Source of the DNA: an uncultured Actinomycetes bacterium
Lineage (GTDB): Bacteria > Actinomycetota > Actinomycetes > S36-B12 > UBA10799
Assembly: GCA_964547485.1 (NCBI GenBank)
Contig: CAZJNU010000003.1
Location: 18,752 to 82,751 of the forward strand
Direction: 5' to 3'
Length of the DNA stretch: 64,000 nt
The notes beneath the pieces are model-generated. The model made no database searches. It saw only the letters and a list, made by a program, of their open reading frames with translations, and was not told the DNA's origin. Shown piece after piece: positions 27,237 through 37,181 of this stretch; the first letter of the stretch is position 1; each line of letters begins with the position of its first letter. The position numbers and the translations under genes were made by a program.

Positions 27237-28781
27237 ATGCCCCAGCAGCGACTCACCTCCGACCAGCGTCGCCTACTGGTCGGCGTCTGCACCGTCATCG
27301 GTGCGGTTGCGGTCGTTCCAGCGACCTACAACTTCGTACTCAATCCGATGCTGCAGGATCTGGCAGGCTCTGACGCCGAGCAGTCACTCTTGCGGGAGTT
27401 GCCGAACATCGGCGCACTCGTGGTGGTGTTCTTGGCGGCAACCCTTGGTCGCCGCATCGGTCAGCGGCGCCTGATCGTCGGCGGTTCGGTGTTGTTCACC
27501 GCGGGTTGCGCGCTCGTCGCTATTGCACCGGTGCTGGCCGTCGCGACTGTGGGGCTTGTCATTCTCAGTGCAGCATCCTCGTCGATCGTGATCGTCGCGC
27601 TGGGCTTGCTGAGTGGACGCGTCATTGACCCGGCAGCGCGCGTCACGGCGTTCACGTACTTCGCGATCGCAGCACCACTGATCTTCATGGTGACGCCGGT
27701 CTTGGCTGGCGTGATGATCGACAGTTGGTCCTGGCGTCTGGTGCCCACCATGTGGTCGCTTGGTGGAGCCGTGATGATCTGGGCGGCCTGGAAGATGATC
27801 CCAGGTGACACAGAGGCCCGCGAGCGTGCGGAGTTGCTCACCCCGGTACTTGCTGGCGTTGTGTTGGCGGCTGGAGTGCAAACCATCACCTCGATAAGCC
27901 AACACGGGTTGATCTCGACGGCAACGCTGGTACGCGCGGGCGCGGCTACAACCTGCTTGGTCGTGTTGGTCTGGTGCTATCGCCGAATCGACCGGGCGTC
28001 CTTGTCGCTGGCCGCTTTGCATAGCGGCGGAATGCTGATTCTGCTAGCCGTTGTCCTGATCGTTCCGTTTGTCGACTTGTGGTTCTACCTGACGATCGGC
28101 TACCAGTCCGTCTACGACATGACCGCCCTGCAGACAGCACTACTGATGGTTCCCGCCCAACTCGCCGGCGTCATCGGCGGATTGGTGGCCCGCAAGATCA
28201 TTCAGGCTCGCGGAATCACCTTCACCGGCATCCTCCTGCTGATTGTGCTCTCCGCCAGCGTCTTGACGACGCTCGCGGTCACCGTGGAGTCGCCGATTTG
28301 GTTCCTCGTTGCCGTCATGTCGCTCTACGCTGCCGCATCTGTCGGCGCTGCGGTGCCCGTCACCAACTCGATCATGAATGCCGCGCCCGCGGGCGAGGAG
28401 GGAAACGCTTCGGCATTTCGAGGAGCATCGATCTACATTGGCACAGCCCTCGGAATAGTCGTGATGTCCACGATTGTGTATGCGACCAGCGCCGCGGCTC
28501 TCGGAGATTCACTCGAGAGTCAAGGCCTAGAGTCGCAGCAGTCTGCTGAGATCGCGGAGAGTCTTCGCGCCGGGGCCAGCCCTGACGATGTCAGCACGGC
28601 CTATGCCGTTCCAGTCAGCGACGTCAACGTCATCGACCAGGCACAAAAGGGGGCAATGGTCGACGGCCTTCACGCGTTCGGCGCTTCCGGAGCCCTCTTC
28701 ATTGCCGTCGCTGCCGGCACCTTCTGGCTCGGTCGTCGCCGGCAGGTGCGCGGAGTCAGATCAATCGCACAATCCGCGTAG
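27237..28781 (+). CDS. MFS transporter (DHA2-like, 14 TM)
   Basis: Motif A-like LGRRIGQRR and a late extracytoplasmic loop. Start is uncertain (27189 or 27237). Confidence 0.85.
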   Translation: MPQQRLTSDQRRLLVGVCTVIGAVAVVPATYNFVLNPMLQDLAGSDAEQSLLRELPNIGALVVVFLAATLGRRIGQRRLIVGGSVLFTAGCALVAIAPVLAVATVGLVILSAASSSIVIVALGLLSGRVIDPAARVTAFTYFAIAAPLIFMVTPVLAGVMIDSWSWRLVPTMWSLGGAVMIWAAWKMIPGDTEARERAELLTPVLAGVVLAAGVQTITSISQHGLISTATLVRAGAATTCLVVLVWCYRRIDRASLSLAALHSGGMLILLAVVLIVPFVDLWFYLTIGYQSVYDMTALQTALLMVPAQLAGVIGGLVARKIIQARGITFTGILLLIVLSASVLTTLAVTVESPIWFLVAVMSLYAAASVGAAVPVTNSIMNAAPAGEEGNASAFRGASIYIGTALGIVVMSTIVYATSAAALGDSLESQGLESQQSAEIAESLRAGASPDDVSTAYAVPVSDVNVIDQAQKGAMVDGLHAFGASGALFIAVAAGTFWLGRRRQVRGVRSIAQSA

Positions 28782-28899
28782 TCGGCTCCGGGCGTCATAT
28801 TCCCTGCGGGTTCGCACCAGTCGGCCCATCCTCAGCTTTGCCAAGTGTTGCCAAACGGACGGTCCGGACGAGCGGGTCCCGCGACGTCCCGCCCCTGTT

Positions 28900-29769
28900 C
28901 TACATCTCGCGATTGAGCCAGGCGATAACGTCACCGATGACAACGTCGCGCTCCGGTTCGTTGTAGATCTCGTGCCAGAGACCGTCGTAGATCTTCAACG
29001 TCTTGTCCGTGGAGCCCACCTTCTCGGCGATCATCCGACTGCCGTCCGGCGGGGTCACCGCATCGTCACCGCCATGCATTATCAGAATCGGCACCGTCAG
29101 CGCCGGGAGTGCCTGCTCGGTCTCCTCCATCGCCCAAAGGACCTGCGCGCCCATCCGGGCCCGCACCTTCGCTTTGGTGACCAGCGGATCATTGTTGTAG
29201 TCGATGACGACCTGCGGATCGCGACTGATCTTGTCGAGTTGGAGCGAAGCCACACCCACATCGGGAGCAACCTTCGCAAGCAAGTTGCCGACCGCGATGG
29301 TGAAGCCGGAGATGTCCTCGGGTTTGGCCGCGGCGGCGCCGGACAGCACCAAGCCAGCGACTTCCGGCCGATCGCGGGTCAGGTATCGAAGACTCACGAG
29401 GCCCCCCATGCTGTGCCCCAGCACGAACATCGGCAAGGGACTCGGGTAGCGCTCCCGCATCAGGTCGGCAAACGTCGCCAGATCGTCGACCAGGTCGTCG
29501 AATCGCGCGACCTGGACCCGCTTCCCGCCGGAGCGGCCATGTCCCCGATGGTCCAACGCGCCTACGGCGAAGCCGGCCCGCACCAAGTCTGCTGCGAGTG
29601 CTTCGTATCGCCCACTGTGTTCAGCGATCCCGTGCACGATCAGCACCACCGCACGGACCGGATCCTCCGTTGACGACCACTCCCGGTAGTAGATCGTCGT
29701 TCCACCGACCCCGATGAACTCGCCGGTGGTGTGATCAATGCCGGGTGTGTCCCGATGCTCAGCCGTCAT
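28900..29769 (-). CDS. Monoglyceride lipase / lysophospholipase (alpha/beta hydrolase)
   Basis: VHGIAEHSGRY, DHRGHGRSGG, GHSMGG, HG..D, HEI.NE. Confidence 0.92.
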   Translation of the reverse strand: MTAEHRDTPGIDHTTGEFIGVGGTTIYYREWSSTEDPVRAVVLIVHGIAEHSGRYEALAADLVRAGFAVGALDHRGHGRSGGKRVQVARFDDLVDDLATFADLMRERYPSPLPMFVLGHSMGGLVSLRYLTRDRPEVAGLVLSGAAAAKPEDISGFTIAVGNLLAKVAPDVGVASLQLDKISRDPQVVIDYNNDPLVTKAKVRARMGAQVLWAMEETEQALPALTVPILIMHGGDDAVTPPDGSRMIAEKVGSTDKTLKIYDGLWHEIYNEPERDVVIGDVIAWLNREM

Positions 29770-31064
29770 GCCGCATCAATATACGTGGGAACGCTCGCCT
29801 GCGTAGCAGTGAGCCGCCCGGCGAGCAGTGCCACGAGGCACACCACGACGCTGGCGACGATCGAACCCCAACCGAGCCGGAGTTGGTCGATCAGTACGAG
29901 CACGACTAGGGCCACGCCCGTCGACACCACGCCCGCGATGACACCTGCGGCGGACCGGGCTGCGCTCAACTGCGCCCCGACCAAGCCACCTGCCAGCAGA
30001 CTCACGGCGACCACCAACTGCTGCGATCCTGGATCGACCAAGGCCATGACGATGGCGACGGCCGCACCGATCCAGACCCAGGCGGGCGCGGTCGGCACTT
30101 TCCCTTCGTCATCATCGGGCGCGGCCGCTAGGTCGCTGGCTTCGTTCCCGACCTCGTTCCCGAGCCGCCCCCACAACCCGGGTAGAGCCCCAACCCCCGC
30201 CAGTACACCCGCGACCAGCGCCGCAAAAATCACGGTCAGGACGGCCAGTAGGACCCCTGCCAGTCCGGGGAGTGCATCGATGTTCGCTGGCACAACGAAG
30301 AACTCCATCGATGGCGCGAAGATGACGCCGCCGAGGAACATCAGCAAACCGAGGATGACAGCGAGGATGACCACGGCAACCCAGCTCAGAACACGCAGCG
30401 GTGACCAGCGTCCTACCTCGTTCGTAGCCTGCAGCCCGGCATCGACCCAACCGAGGGCGAAGATCGCCACGGCGACCGCCAGGATTGCCGCGAACGGACT
30501 GTCCACACCGATCCGAATCGGGCTTACCACTGCGGATAGGTCACCGAGAAGGAAGCCGATGGCCAGCGAGATGACGATCGGAACGATCATCAGCCACATC
30601 GCCACCGATCCGATCCTGCCACTGGCGGCCAGTCCCTGACCCGCCACGAGGACCGCGACCACTACGCCCAGCACAAGGACCAGCACCCGCGGGTCCACTC
30701 GACTAATCAGGGACAGAGTCTGCGCAGCCGCGATCAGCAGGACGGCCGCCACACCGCTGCCCACGAGGCCCTGGACATATCTGTGCGCTGGGCCCCCGGA
30801 TCCCGACGCAAACCTGCGCGACAGTACTGACCCGGCCAGCGCCAGGGCCACGATCACGACCAGCGCGATCATGCCCACAAACGTCATGCCGGACACCGTC
30901 AGGACCGGCGCCGCGATGATGGCATAGGTGAAGAGTCCCAACATCGCCGCGCGACGCGTCACACCCGGCCTTGGCGGCCGTCGACTACGAAAGGCCGTCA
31001 GCACGACCACCAGCAGACCGACAGTCAGGCCGATGCTCGCCTCCAGCAGAACTTCCCGATTCAT
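29766..31064 (-). CDS. Polytopic membrane protein, possibly an SSS/APC-fold permease
   Basis: 432 aa from ATG 31064, about 12 hydrophobic segments, ATGA overlaps at both ends. Confidence 0.65.
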   Translation of the reverse strand: MNREVLLEASIGLTVGLLVVVLTAFRSRRPPRPGVTRRAAMLGLFTYAIIAAPVLTVSGMTFVGMIALVVIVALALAGSVLSRRFASGSGGPAHRYVQGLVGSGVAAVLLIAAAQTLSLISRVDPRVLVLVLGVVVAVLVAGQGLAASGRIGSVAMWLMIVPIVISLAIGFLLGDLSAVVSPIRIGVDSPFAAILAVAVAIFALGWVDAGLQATNEVGRWSPLRVLSWVAVVILAVILGLLMFLGGVIFAPSMEFFVVPANIDALPGLAGVLLAVLTVIFAALVAGVLAGVGALPGLWGRLGNEVGNEASDLAAAPDDDEGKVPTAPAWVWIGAAVAIVMALVDPGSQQLVVAVSLLAGGLVGAQLSAARSAAGVIAGVVSTGVALVVLVLIDQLRLGWGSIVASVVVCLVALLAGRLTATQASVPTYIDAA

Positions 31065-32395
31065 GAGGTCACGCTCGTCGTCGTGTCGGTGGTTCCAAGT
31101 AGTTGATTCGCGCAATTCGACGGCGCCGGTTCATCCGCCCAGCGGGCTTCCATCCAGTCGATGACGGACGGCTTATGCAGGCGGGCCTGGTAATTCAAGG
31201 ACGGATGGTCGTCGAACGGGTAGCGAACGTAGAAGACCGTTGTTCCCACGGCGCACTGCGACATCACCTGGGCATGCGTGAACTGCGGCAGGATCGTCTT
31301 GTCCTTGAGCCCCTGCACCACCATGATCGGCGCGTCGAGTTTCTCCCTTCCTGGCATACCCTCGCCGAGGGCCGTGATCAGACCGGGCGCGACCGGGTAG
31401 TTGATCAGTTGACTCAATGGCACATCGGAAACCCGATCGGCGAGATCACTACCGCACGTGCTGTCCAGGAACTTGACCTTCTCCATTCCCAGCGGGCTGA
31501 GGATCTCGTCCAGCGAGACGAGTTCCGGGTAATTCTGGGCGTACGACTGAGCGATCAGCATCACGAACATGTTCTGGGAGGTGCTAGTCGGATTCTTGGC
31601 CACCGCATTGAGAATGCCCGCGATGGGCGGGGTGAACCCCGGCGCCAAAATTGCGCCGCCGTCGATGGCCAACTCGGGGGCGTACTCAGGTGCCAGCTGC
31701 AACGCTGACATCGCCGCTTCCCCACCCTGCGACTTGCCGTAGACGCCCAACTTGGCGCTGTTGATGGGGACGGATCCGATCGACGGAGCGGGCTGTTGCA
31801 CCGCCCGCAGCGCATCAAGGATTCCTCGTGCCTCAAGTGGTCCGACCAGGTAGGAGGAAGGCCCGGGGGCGCCCATCCCTGAGTAGTCGCTGGCTACTAC
31901 CGCCCACCCCTGCCTGACCAGCGGCTCGATGTGCGGAATCCAGTTGCTGTTCCCGGGGGTATCCGGTTGCGTGGGTGTCTGGCTCATGCCGCACATTCGG
32001 CCCACGCCGGTAGTTCCGTGAGCAAAGGAGACCAGCGGGTAGCCGCCGGCGGGCGCCGGTGCCGCCGGTGCGGCAAACAGGCCCGTCACCGGAATCGAGT
32101 GGCCCTGTAGATCCGTCGATTGGTACATGATTCGGTACAACTTGATCCCCGGGGGCGCACCCGAGACGGGCTCCGCCTTCACGAGTTCGCCCGGAGTGCC
32201 GCGCTGCCAGTTCGTCACGTCATAGAAACTCGACAACTTTGGCGTGACTTTGGTGTCGATGGTCTCCCCGACGCTGGCACCTTCCGCACTGATCGGCGCG
32301 TCCACCAGCGAGGTCCCAGGTGCGGTCAGGTACAGCAGTACCCCACCCACAAGGGCTACGGCCAGCGATACCAGAAACTTCCCCATGCGCGACAT
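31061..32395 (-). CDS. Secreted/anchored lipase (LIP secretory lipase family)
   Basis: N-terminal TM, VSFAHGTTG, VVASDY.G.G..G, nucleophile elbow GKSQGG, QGLKD, DH. Confidence 0.85.
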   Translation of the reverse strand: MSRMGKFLVSLAVALVGGVLLYLTAPGTSLVDAPISAEGASVGETIDTKVTPKLSSFYDVTNWQRGTPGELVKAEPVSGAPPGIKLYRIMYQSTDLQGHSIPVTGLFAAPAAPAPAGGYPLVSFAHGTTGVGRMCGMSQTPTQPDTPGNSNWIPHIEPLVRQGWAVVASDYSGMGAPGPSSYLVGPLEARGILDALRAVQQPAPSIGSVPINSAKLGVYGKSQGGEAAMSALQLAPEYAPELAIDGGAILAPGFTPPIAGILNAVAKNPTSTSQNMFVMLIAQSYAQNYPELVSLDEILSPLGMEKVKFLDSTCGSDLADRVSDVPLSQLINYPVAPGLITALGEGMPGREKLDAPIMVVQGLKDKTILPQFTHAQVMSQCAVGTTVFYVRYPFDDHPSLNYQARLHKPSVIDWMEARWADEPAPSNCANQLLGTTDTTTSVTS

Positions 32396-32532
32396 CCACT
32401 ACGCCTTCCAAGACATGCCCGGAAGCAGCACGGCCGGGTCGCCGTCAGCCTAGCCACATCGGGCAGTGTCCGGCCCGAAGAACGTCGATGCGGTCCGTCT
32501 GATCTCACCCCCGGAGCCTCGCCAACAATGGC

Positions 32533-33426
32533 CTAGAGCCGACCAATCGCTGGGACGACGTGTTCACCAAGACCTCGAATGAAGTCGACCGGATCCTGGA
32601 ACGGCATGACATGAACCTCGGTGATGCCAACATCGGCGTAGCCCTTCATCAGTTCGACGAAATCGACGCCTCCCGCGGCCGTGGTCGGATCCAACGGCGC
32701 GGCCCACAGAATGGTTTTCCGGATTTGCGTCACGTCGGTACCGGCGTCCGCGCAGTGACCGGCCAGTACTTCGAGTTTCGCCTTCACAGCATCCGGACCT
32801 GTGTCAGGCCGGGCAAACAAGTTGCACGCGTCGGCATACCGAGCAACCAGCCGCAGAGTCTTTCGCTCACCGGATCCACCGATCATGACGGGAGGATGAG
32901 GACGAGTCAGCGGTGGTGGCGAGCAGATGGTTTCGGCCAGCTGATAGTGATTCCCATCGTAGGGTCCGCTGTCGTCACTCCACATTTGCAGCACGATCTG
33001 CAGCGTCTCCTCAAGCCGCTCGAAGCGCTCGGACAGTGACGGGAAGGGCACGCCCAGTCCCAAGTGTTCGCGTTCGTACCATGCCGCGCCGATTCCGAGC
33101 ATCGCGCGACCGCCCGACAGGACGTCAAGGGTGGTGACGATCTTCGCGAGCAGGCCCGGGTGACGGTAGGTCACTCCGGTGACCAGCGCCTGCAGTTCGA
33201 CGCTTCTGGTGTGGCCGGCGAGGAATCCCAACGTGGTGTACGCCTCAAGCATTGGAGCTGACGCATCACCGAGACCCATGCCCTCCATCTGGAAGTAGTG
33301 ATCCATCACGGACAGATTGTCCAGACCCGCCTCCTCCGCCGCGCTTCCCACCGCGGCGAGGGTCGCTCCGATCGCAGCGGCGCCCCCGGGGAAAGCAAAG
33401 TTCACCAAGTGAACGCCAATTCGCAT
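32533..33426 (-). CDS. LLM-class F420-dependent oxidoreductase
   Basis: VMDHYFQM, EAYTTLGFLA..T, VTGVTYRHPGLLAK..TTLDVLSGGRA.LGIGAAW. Confidence 0.93.
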   Translation of the reverse strand: MRIGVHLVNFAFPGGAAAIGATLAAVGSAAEEAGLDNLSVMDHYFQMEGMGLGDASAPMLEAYTTLGFLAGHTRSVELQALVTGVTYRHPGLLAKIVTTLDVLSGGRAMLGIGAAWYEREHLGLGVPFPSLSERFERLEETLQIVLQMWSDDSGPYDGNHYQLAETICSPPPLTRPHPPVMIGGSGERKTLRLVARYADACNLFARPDTGPDAVKAKLEVLAGHCADAGTDVTQIRKTILWAAPLDPTTAAGGVDFVELMKGYADVGITEVHVMPFQDPVDFIRGLGEHVVPAIGRL

Positions 33427-33740
33427 GCCGACTCCTCCGATCGCAGCGCCGCGCCCTGGGGCGGCGCCCGTGTGGGCTCAACTTCGCAGATTCGGTGCAT
33501 CGACGACAAGAGCTTGCGGATGACTTCGGCGGATGTGCCTGCCACCCACCCGAAAGTGTTCCGAAACAGTTGTACCGGCTACCGGCGAGGTGTCGAGTAA
33601 CTGGTACTCCCTGGTCAGGCACGCCGGCGTCGACGATCCTTCCGCCAGGGCGGGTGGACCACCCATGCCCCAAGGACTACCTCCCAGGCGGTACCCCACC
33701 CGAGTGCCAGAAACCACCAATACTCGGACCGGTAGTTCTC

Positions 33741-34205
33741 ATGATTGGCACTACCCGTATCGCTCACCGCACCATCGTCCTTATCCTCGCCACCTGGCTG
33801 GCACTCGTAGGTGTTGCCTCGGCAGTCGCCCCGGCTCATGCCGCGACACCGCGCAACGGCAATGCGGCGAGCGTCAGGGTTGAACCCAGGCCGACCACGA
33901 TGTTCATCTACAACCACTCCCGCCAGACGCTCCAGGTCAGCGTCTTTGCCCGAATCGAGACGATGCACTCGCAGACGCTGGAGCCGGGACAGGTGTGGGA
34001 ACTACCGGAGACCTTCTCGTCGATGAACGAGCTCTACGTGCGTTCCCCGAATGACCCCAATACCGCGTTCCTCGGGCATTTCGCCTACGACTCGGGCGCC
34101 TTCCACTTCCTCGACGCCCGCGCCAATCACTTGTCCTACAGCGTCATCGGCGGCGGAAGCCATAGGGTGGCCTTCACCACGCCGCACAGAGCCGGGGTGC
34201 GCTGA
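33741..34205 (+). CDS. Small secreted protein of unknown function
   Basis: Signal peptide ending PAHA-AT and a beta-rich mature region. The track ORF from 33252 over-extends. Confidence 0.65.
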   Translation: MIGTTRIAHRTIVLILATWLALVGVASAVAPAHAATPRNGNAASVRVEPRPTTMFIYNHSRQTLQVSVFARIETMHSQTLEPGQVWELPETFSSMNELYVRSPNDPNTAFLGHFAYDSGAFHFLDARANHLSYSVIGGGSHRVAFTTPHRAGVR

Positions 34206-34557
34206 GAGGACCAGACCCGGGACCGGCGCAGCAGGCGCAGTCCCAAGCCGGGTCAGTGAACACGGCAGCGATCGGCGGATCTGTCGGGCCTGGCAGCAAC
34301 TTCCGGACTCGATGGCGAAGGCCCATTCATTGCCGCATCGGTTGTGTTCGACCGAAGAATGCCTAGGTCGGTGCGACGCGATCGGCAACTCGTCTTGAAC
34401 CCCTCACCAAGTGTCGCCGCCGGCGTGGGGCAATACGGTCATGCGCGGCCCCGCAGGGCCCTGCAACATGTCCTGCAGCTACCCCATCCAGGTGGGCTTC
34501 GCGGCCTCACGTTGGGACATGGGAGAATTGGGCACACGATCACCACTTCGAGGACAC

Positions 34558-35082
34558 ATGACTGACCTGCCCGCGACCCCGGGTGCGCCCGACCCCGACC
34601 GGATCAGCCAACCGGAGTTGGCTCGCCTTGCCCAAGCCGCCGCCGACAGGTTCGCCCCGCACCTCCGCTCCGCCGAAGATGTGGTCCGGGCGTCTGAGCA
34701 GAGCCTGGCGGATGCGCGCGAGGCGCTGGCCCGCGCCGAGCACGCGGCCGCCAACAAGAGTTACCAATCCGACCCTCTGGTATTCATGCGCGTCACGGTG
34801 AGCGAGGAGTTGGATGCCCTAGCGCGCAAGACCACTCCCAAGAAGATCCGGGCGAACTTTCGTTATCTACTCGACCGCGCCGTGGAACTTGCCGAGGGCG
34901 AGGTGGCCGGCTACCGGACCGACCTGGAGGCAGCCCGCCGGGAACGAGATCACGGAGTGGAGTCCTGCAGGCAGGCCGAGCAGGCGGCGCAGGTCGAGCT
35001 CGAGGCCGCTCGGGCCCTGCAGCAACGGGTGTGCGACGCGGAGCGCGCGGCCCGTGAAGGCCTCGCCCTGCTCCGCGAGTAG
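34558..35082 (+). CDS. Coiled-coil protein of unknown function
   Basis: ATG 34558 after AGGA, with an Ala/Glu/Arg-rich helical sequence. Confidence 0.65.
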   Translation: MTDLPATPGAPDPDRISQPELARLAQAAADRFAPHLRSAEDVVRASEQSLADAREALARAEHAAANKSYQSDPLVFMRVTVSEELDALARKTTPKKIRANFRYLLDRAVELAEGEVAGYRTDLEAARRERDHGVESCRQAEQAAQVELEAARALQQRVCDAERAAREGLALLRE

Positions 35083-35289
35083 ACGCGCCCCAGCCCCACA
35101 CATCGAGGACGATTCGAAGTCGACGTTTCACCCCCGGGGACAACGCGTGCACCGTCTGCGGCTATGACGCCACCCTCGGAGGCGCACCCGTTGGGTCTGG
35201 GCGGCGCGGCGCCGATCGACACAGCATGAGATGTCGACGCTGCACTCGTGGCGCGGCTTGCGGCTCAGTACGCGGATGCGGTCAGCGCC

Positions 35290-35666
35290 TGACGCCACGG
35301 GAGTCGCCCCGGCAGGGGCCGCCCGAGAATGTCGACCACCCGTTCCCCTCCTTCCCGGCTGGACCGGCCAACTGGTACCGCGCCCATCGGGTGCGTTCGG
35401 ACTGCCTCGATGGGGGCTGCTGGTTCTTCGCCAGTGCCCCGTGCCTCGGCAACTGTGGCCGCTTCGGTCTGTCGGCACCTGATGGGACGTGCTGCTGGGC
35501 CGACAGCGAGATAGCCGCGGCCCGGAAGCGCCTGGGCCGGCCTGGCGACCTGGTGGCGCACGACGAGGTGGCGGGCATCGAGGTTTCCACAGCCGAAGTG
35601 CGTCCGGGCAACCTGGCTGACGTAATGGCCGGGGGACGCGGTGGTGTCGCACCGGCCAGCGGCTGA
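35290..35666 (+). pseudogene. RES-domain toxin fragment
   Basis: WYRAHR...GCWFFAS...GRFGLSAPDGTC.WADSE.AAARKRL resembles RES toxins (GRFDL...GTCY...AALRE). It is 3'-truncated and has no clear start. Confidence 0.55.
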
Positions 35667-35889
35667 AGTGTTTCGAGAGTGTGGCTATCCAGTCCTTGAC
35701 GTTCCCCGTGCGGACGAGTTGTCCATCATCCCTGAGTAGCGGGGATGGGGTTGCCACCACCTTGGTCGTACGACACGTGACGCTCGCCGCGTCGAAAAGG
35801 AGTCGCAGTCCGCCGCTTCGAGCAGCGGGACGTCAACGACGTCTGTCGAAACCGCCCACAAACGCAGCGAGGGGTCCCGGCGCGGAAAA

Positions 35890-36642
35890 TCACAGCATCA
35901 GCCTCGAAAGGTCAGCAAGCGGACATTCCGCAAGGAGGGCGGGAACCCCACTGTTAGCAGTCAGCCACGAGCTCAGGTCGTCGTTCAGATAGCCCGCCAG
36001 GTTAAGCAGGGTCGCGTGGGCACTGCGGACCGGTATGCGGCGCGGTGAGCCATCTTGGTTTCGCTGACCGTACGCCGGTATTCCCCAGATGACGTGCTCG
36101 TGATGAGCGATTCGGTTCCTGATCTTCAGGACATCCTCGGCTGCGCGTTCGACCTTGCTGCGTTCAAGGTGTCCGGCGTTCGGGAAGGCTTTAGATAGGG
36201 TCGGCTTCCACAACGCTTCGTCGTAAAACCGGCGCGCTCGCATCGGCTGACGCCCCGCGAAGGAGCCCCTGCCCAGCAGTCTCACCCAGAATCCAAAGGT
36301 GAGACTGGCGACGAACGTTCCGTGCACGACTTCCCGCGGGGCCCCTCCCTCGACGAGTTTCTGCAATCGACCCTGACCCCAGGCCACTGACATCGCTTTG
36401 GCCGCGCCATCATCGAACAAGTCGGCACTACGGAACCAGTCGTCACCATGATCTGCGCTGAGGTGGTGCGACATCTGGGTGCGCATGACAACCTCAACAT
36501 TGCCAACATCGTCGAAGAGTGCCAACGACAGGGCGCTGTTCCAGCGGTAGAGGTCTATCGCATCAGCATGCTGAACGGAGGCCTCACGCAGGTACGGTGC
36601 CAGTCGCGCTGCAGGGATCACCGCCCGTAGCCTATGGTTCAT
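35890..36642 (-). CDS. Abi-family (Abi_2/AbiD-F-like) HEPN protein
   Basis: RLAPYL...LYRWN..LS......VEVVMR, LTFGFWVRLL, HEPN RNRIAHHE. Confidence 0.88.
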   Translation of the reverse strand: MNHRLRAVIPAARLAPYLREASVQHADAIDLYRWNSALSLALFDDVGNVEVVMRTQMSHHLSADHGDDWFRSADLFDDGAAKAMSVAWGQGRLQKLVEGGAPREVVHGTFVASLTFGFWVRLLGRGSFAGRQPMRARRFYDEALWKPTLSKAFPNAGHLERSKVERAAEDVLKIRNRIAHHEHVIWGIPAYGQRNQDGSPRRIPVRSAHATLLNLAGYLNDDLSSWLTANSGVPALLAECPLADLSRLML

Positions 36643-36700
36643 CCCGGCATGCTAACCATCTTGATCCTGGACCGCCCCTGGCCTATGCTTGGGACGTAGC

Positions 36701-36735
36701 CCCCGACGCAGCGTGCCTAGGCATGACGGTCGGGG
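36701..36735 (-). other. Hairpin upstream of the Abi gene (candidate cis-regulatory or antitoxin RNA)
   Basis: CCCCGAC...GTCGGGG stem enclosing the palindrome TGCCTAGGCA, about 60-90 nt upstream of the ATG. Confidence 0.5.
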
Positions 36736-36819
36736 TTTCCATTTGTGGCAGCTAACGCAAGCGAATCCTTCGCCACGGAATCTCGGCATCCCTACAGTCG
36801 CTCAGACCCCCAGAAAGCA

Positions 36820-36858
36820 TCAGGTGTGCCCCGGACGATGAATCCGGGGCACACCTGA
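36820..36858 (-). terminator. Strong hairpin, probable terminator for the fic transcript
   Basis: Perfect 16-bp stem TCAGGTGTGCCCCGGA / TCCGGGGCACACCTGA with a 7-nt loop, followed by TGCTTTCT on the minus strand. Confidence 0.7.
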
Positions 36859-37181
36859 CCGCAGTAGGGGGGGCTGGAGCCGTCGGCCGCTTCGCGGCCT
36901 CCTCCCAAATCCTGGCGGCGCTCCCGGACGTCATAGGGGTGCGGGTGAAGGTTTGGCAGGTGCCGAAGACGGGTCTGATGCGGTACGTGCGCGGCGACGT
37001 TCGCGCCATGTCTGCCGCCATCATCAGAGCCCTCCGCGGTACGTCGAGATCGCCTCAAGATGCACTCCGTCACCCGAGGACGTGGTGTTCGACAACTCCA
37101 TATGCGCATATGTCTCGCCTGATTTTGAGGGGCTCAACGGAGATATCTCTAGCGTCCGCCTCGCGAGAAGGACAGCAAGAC

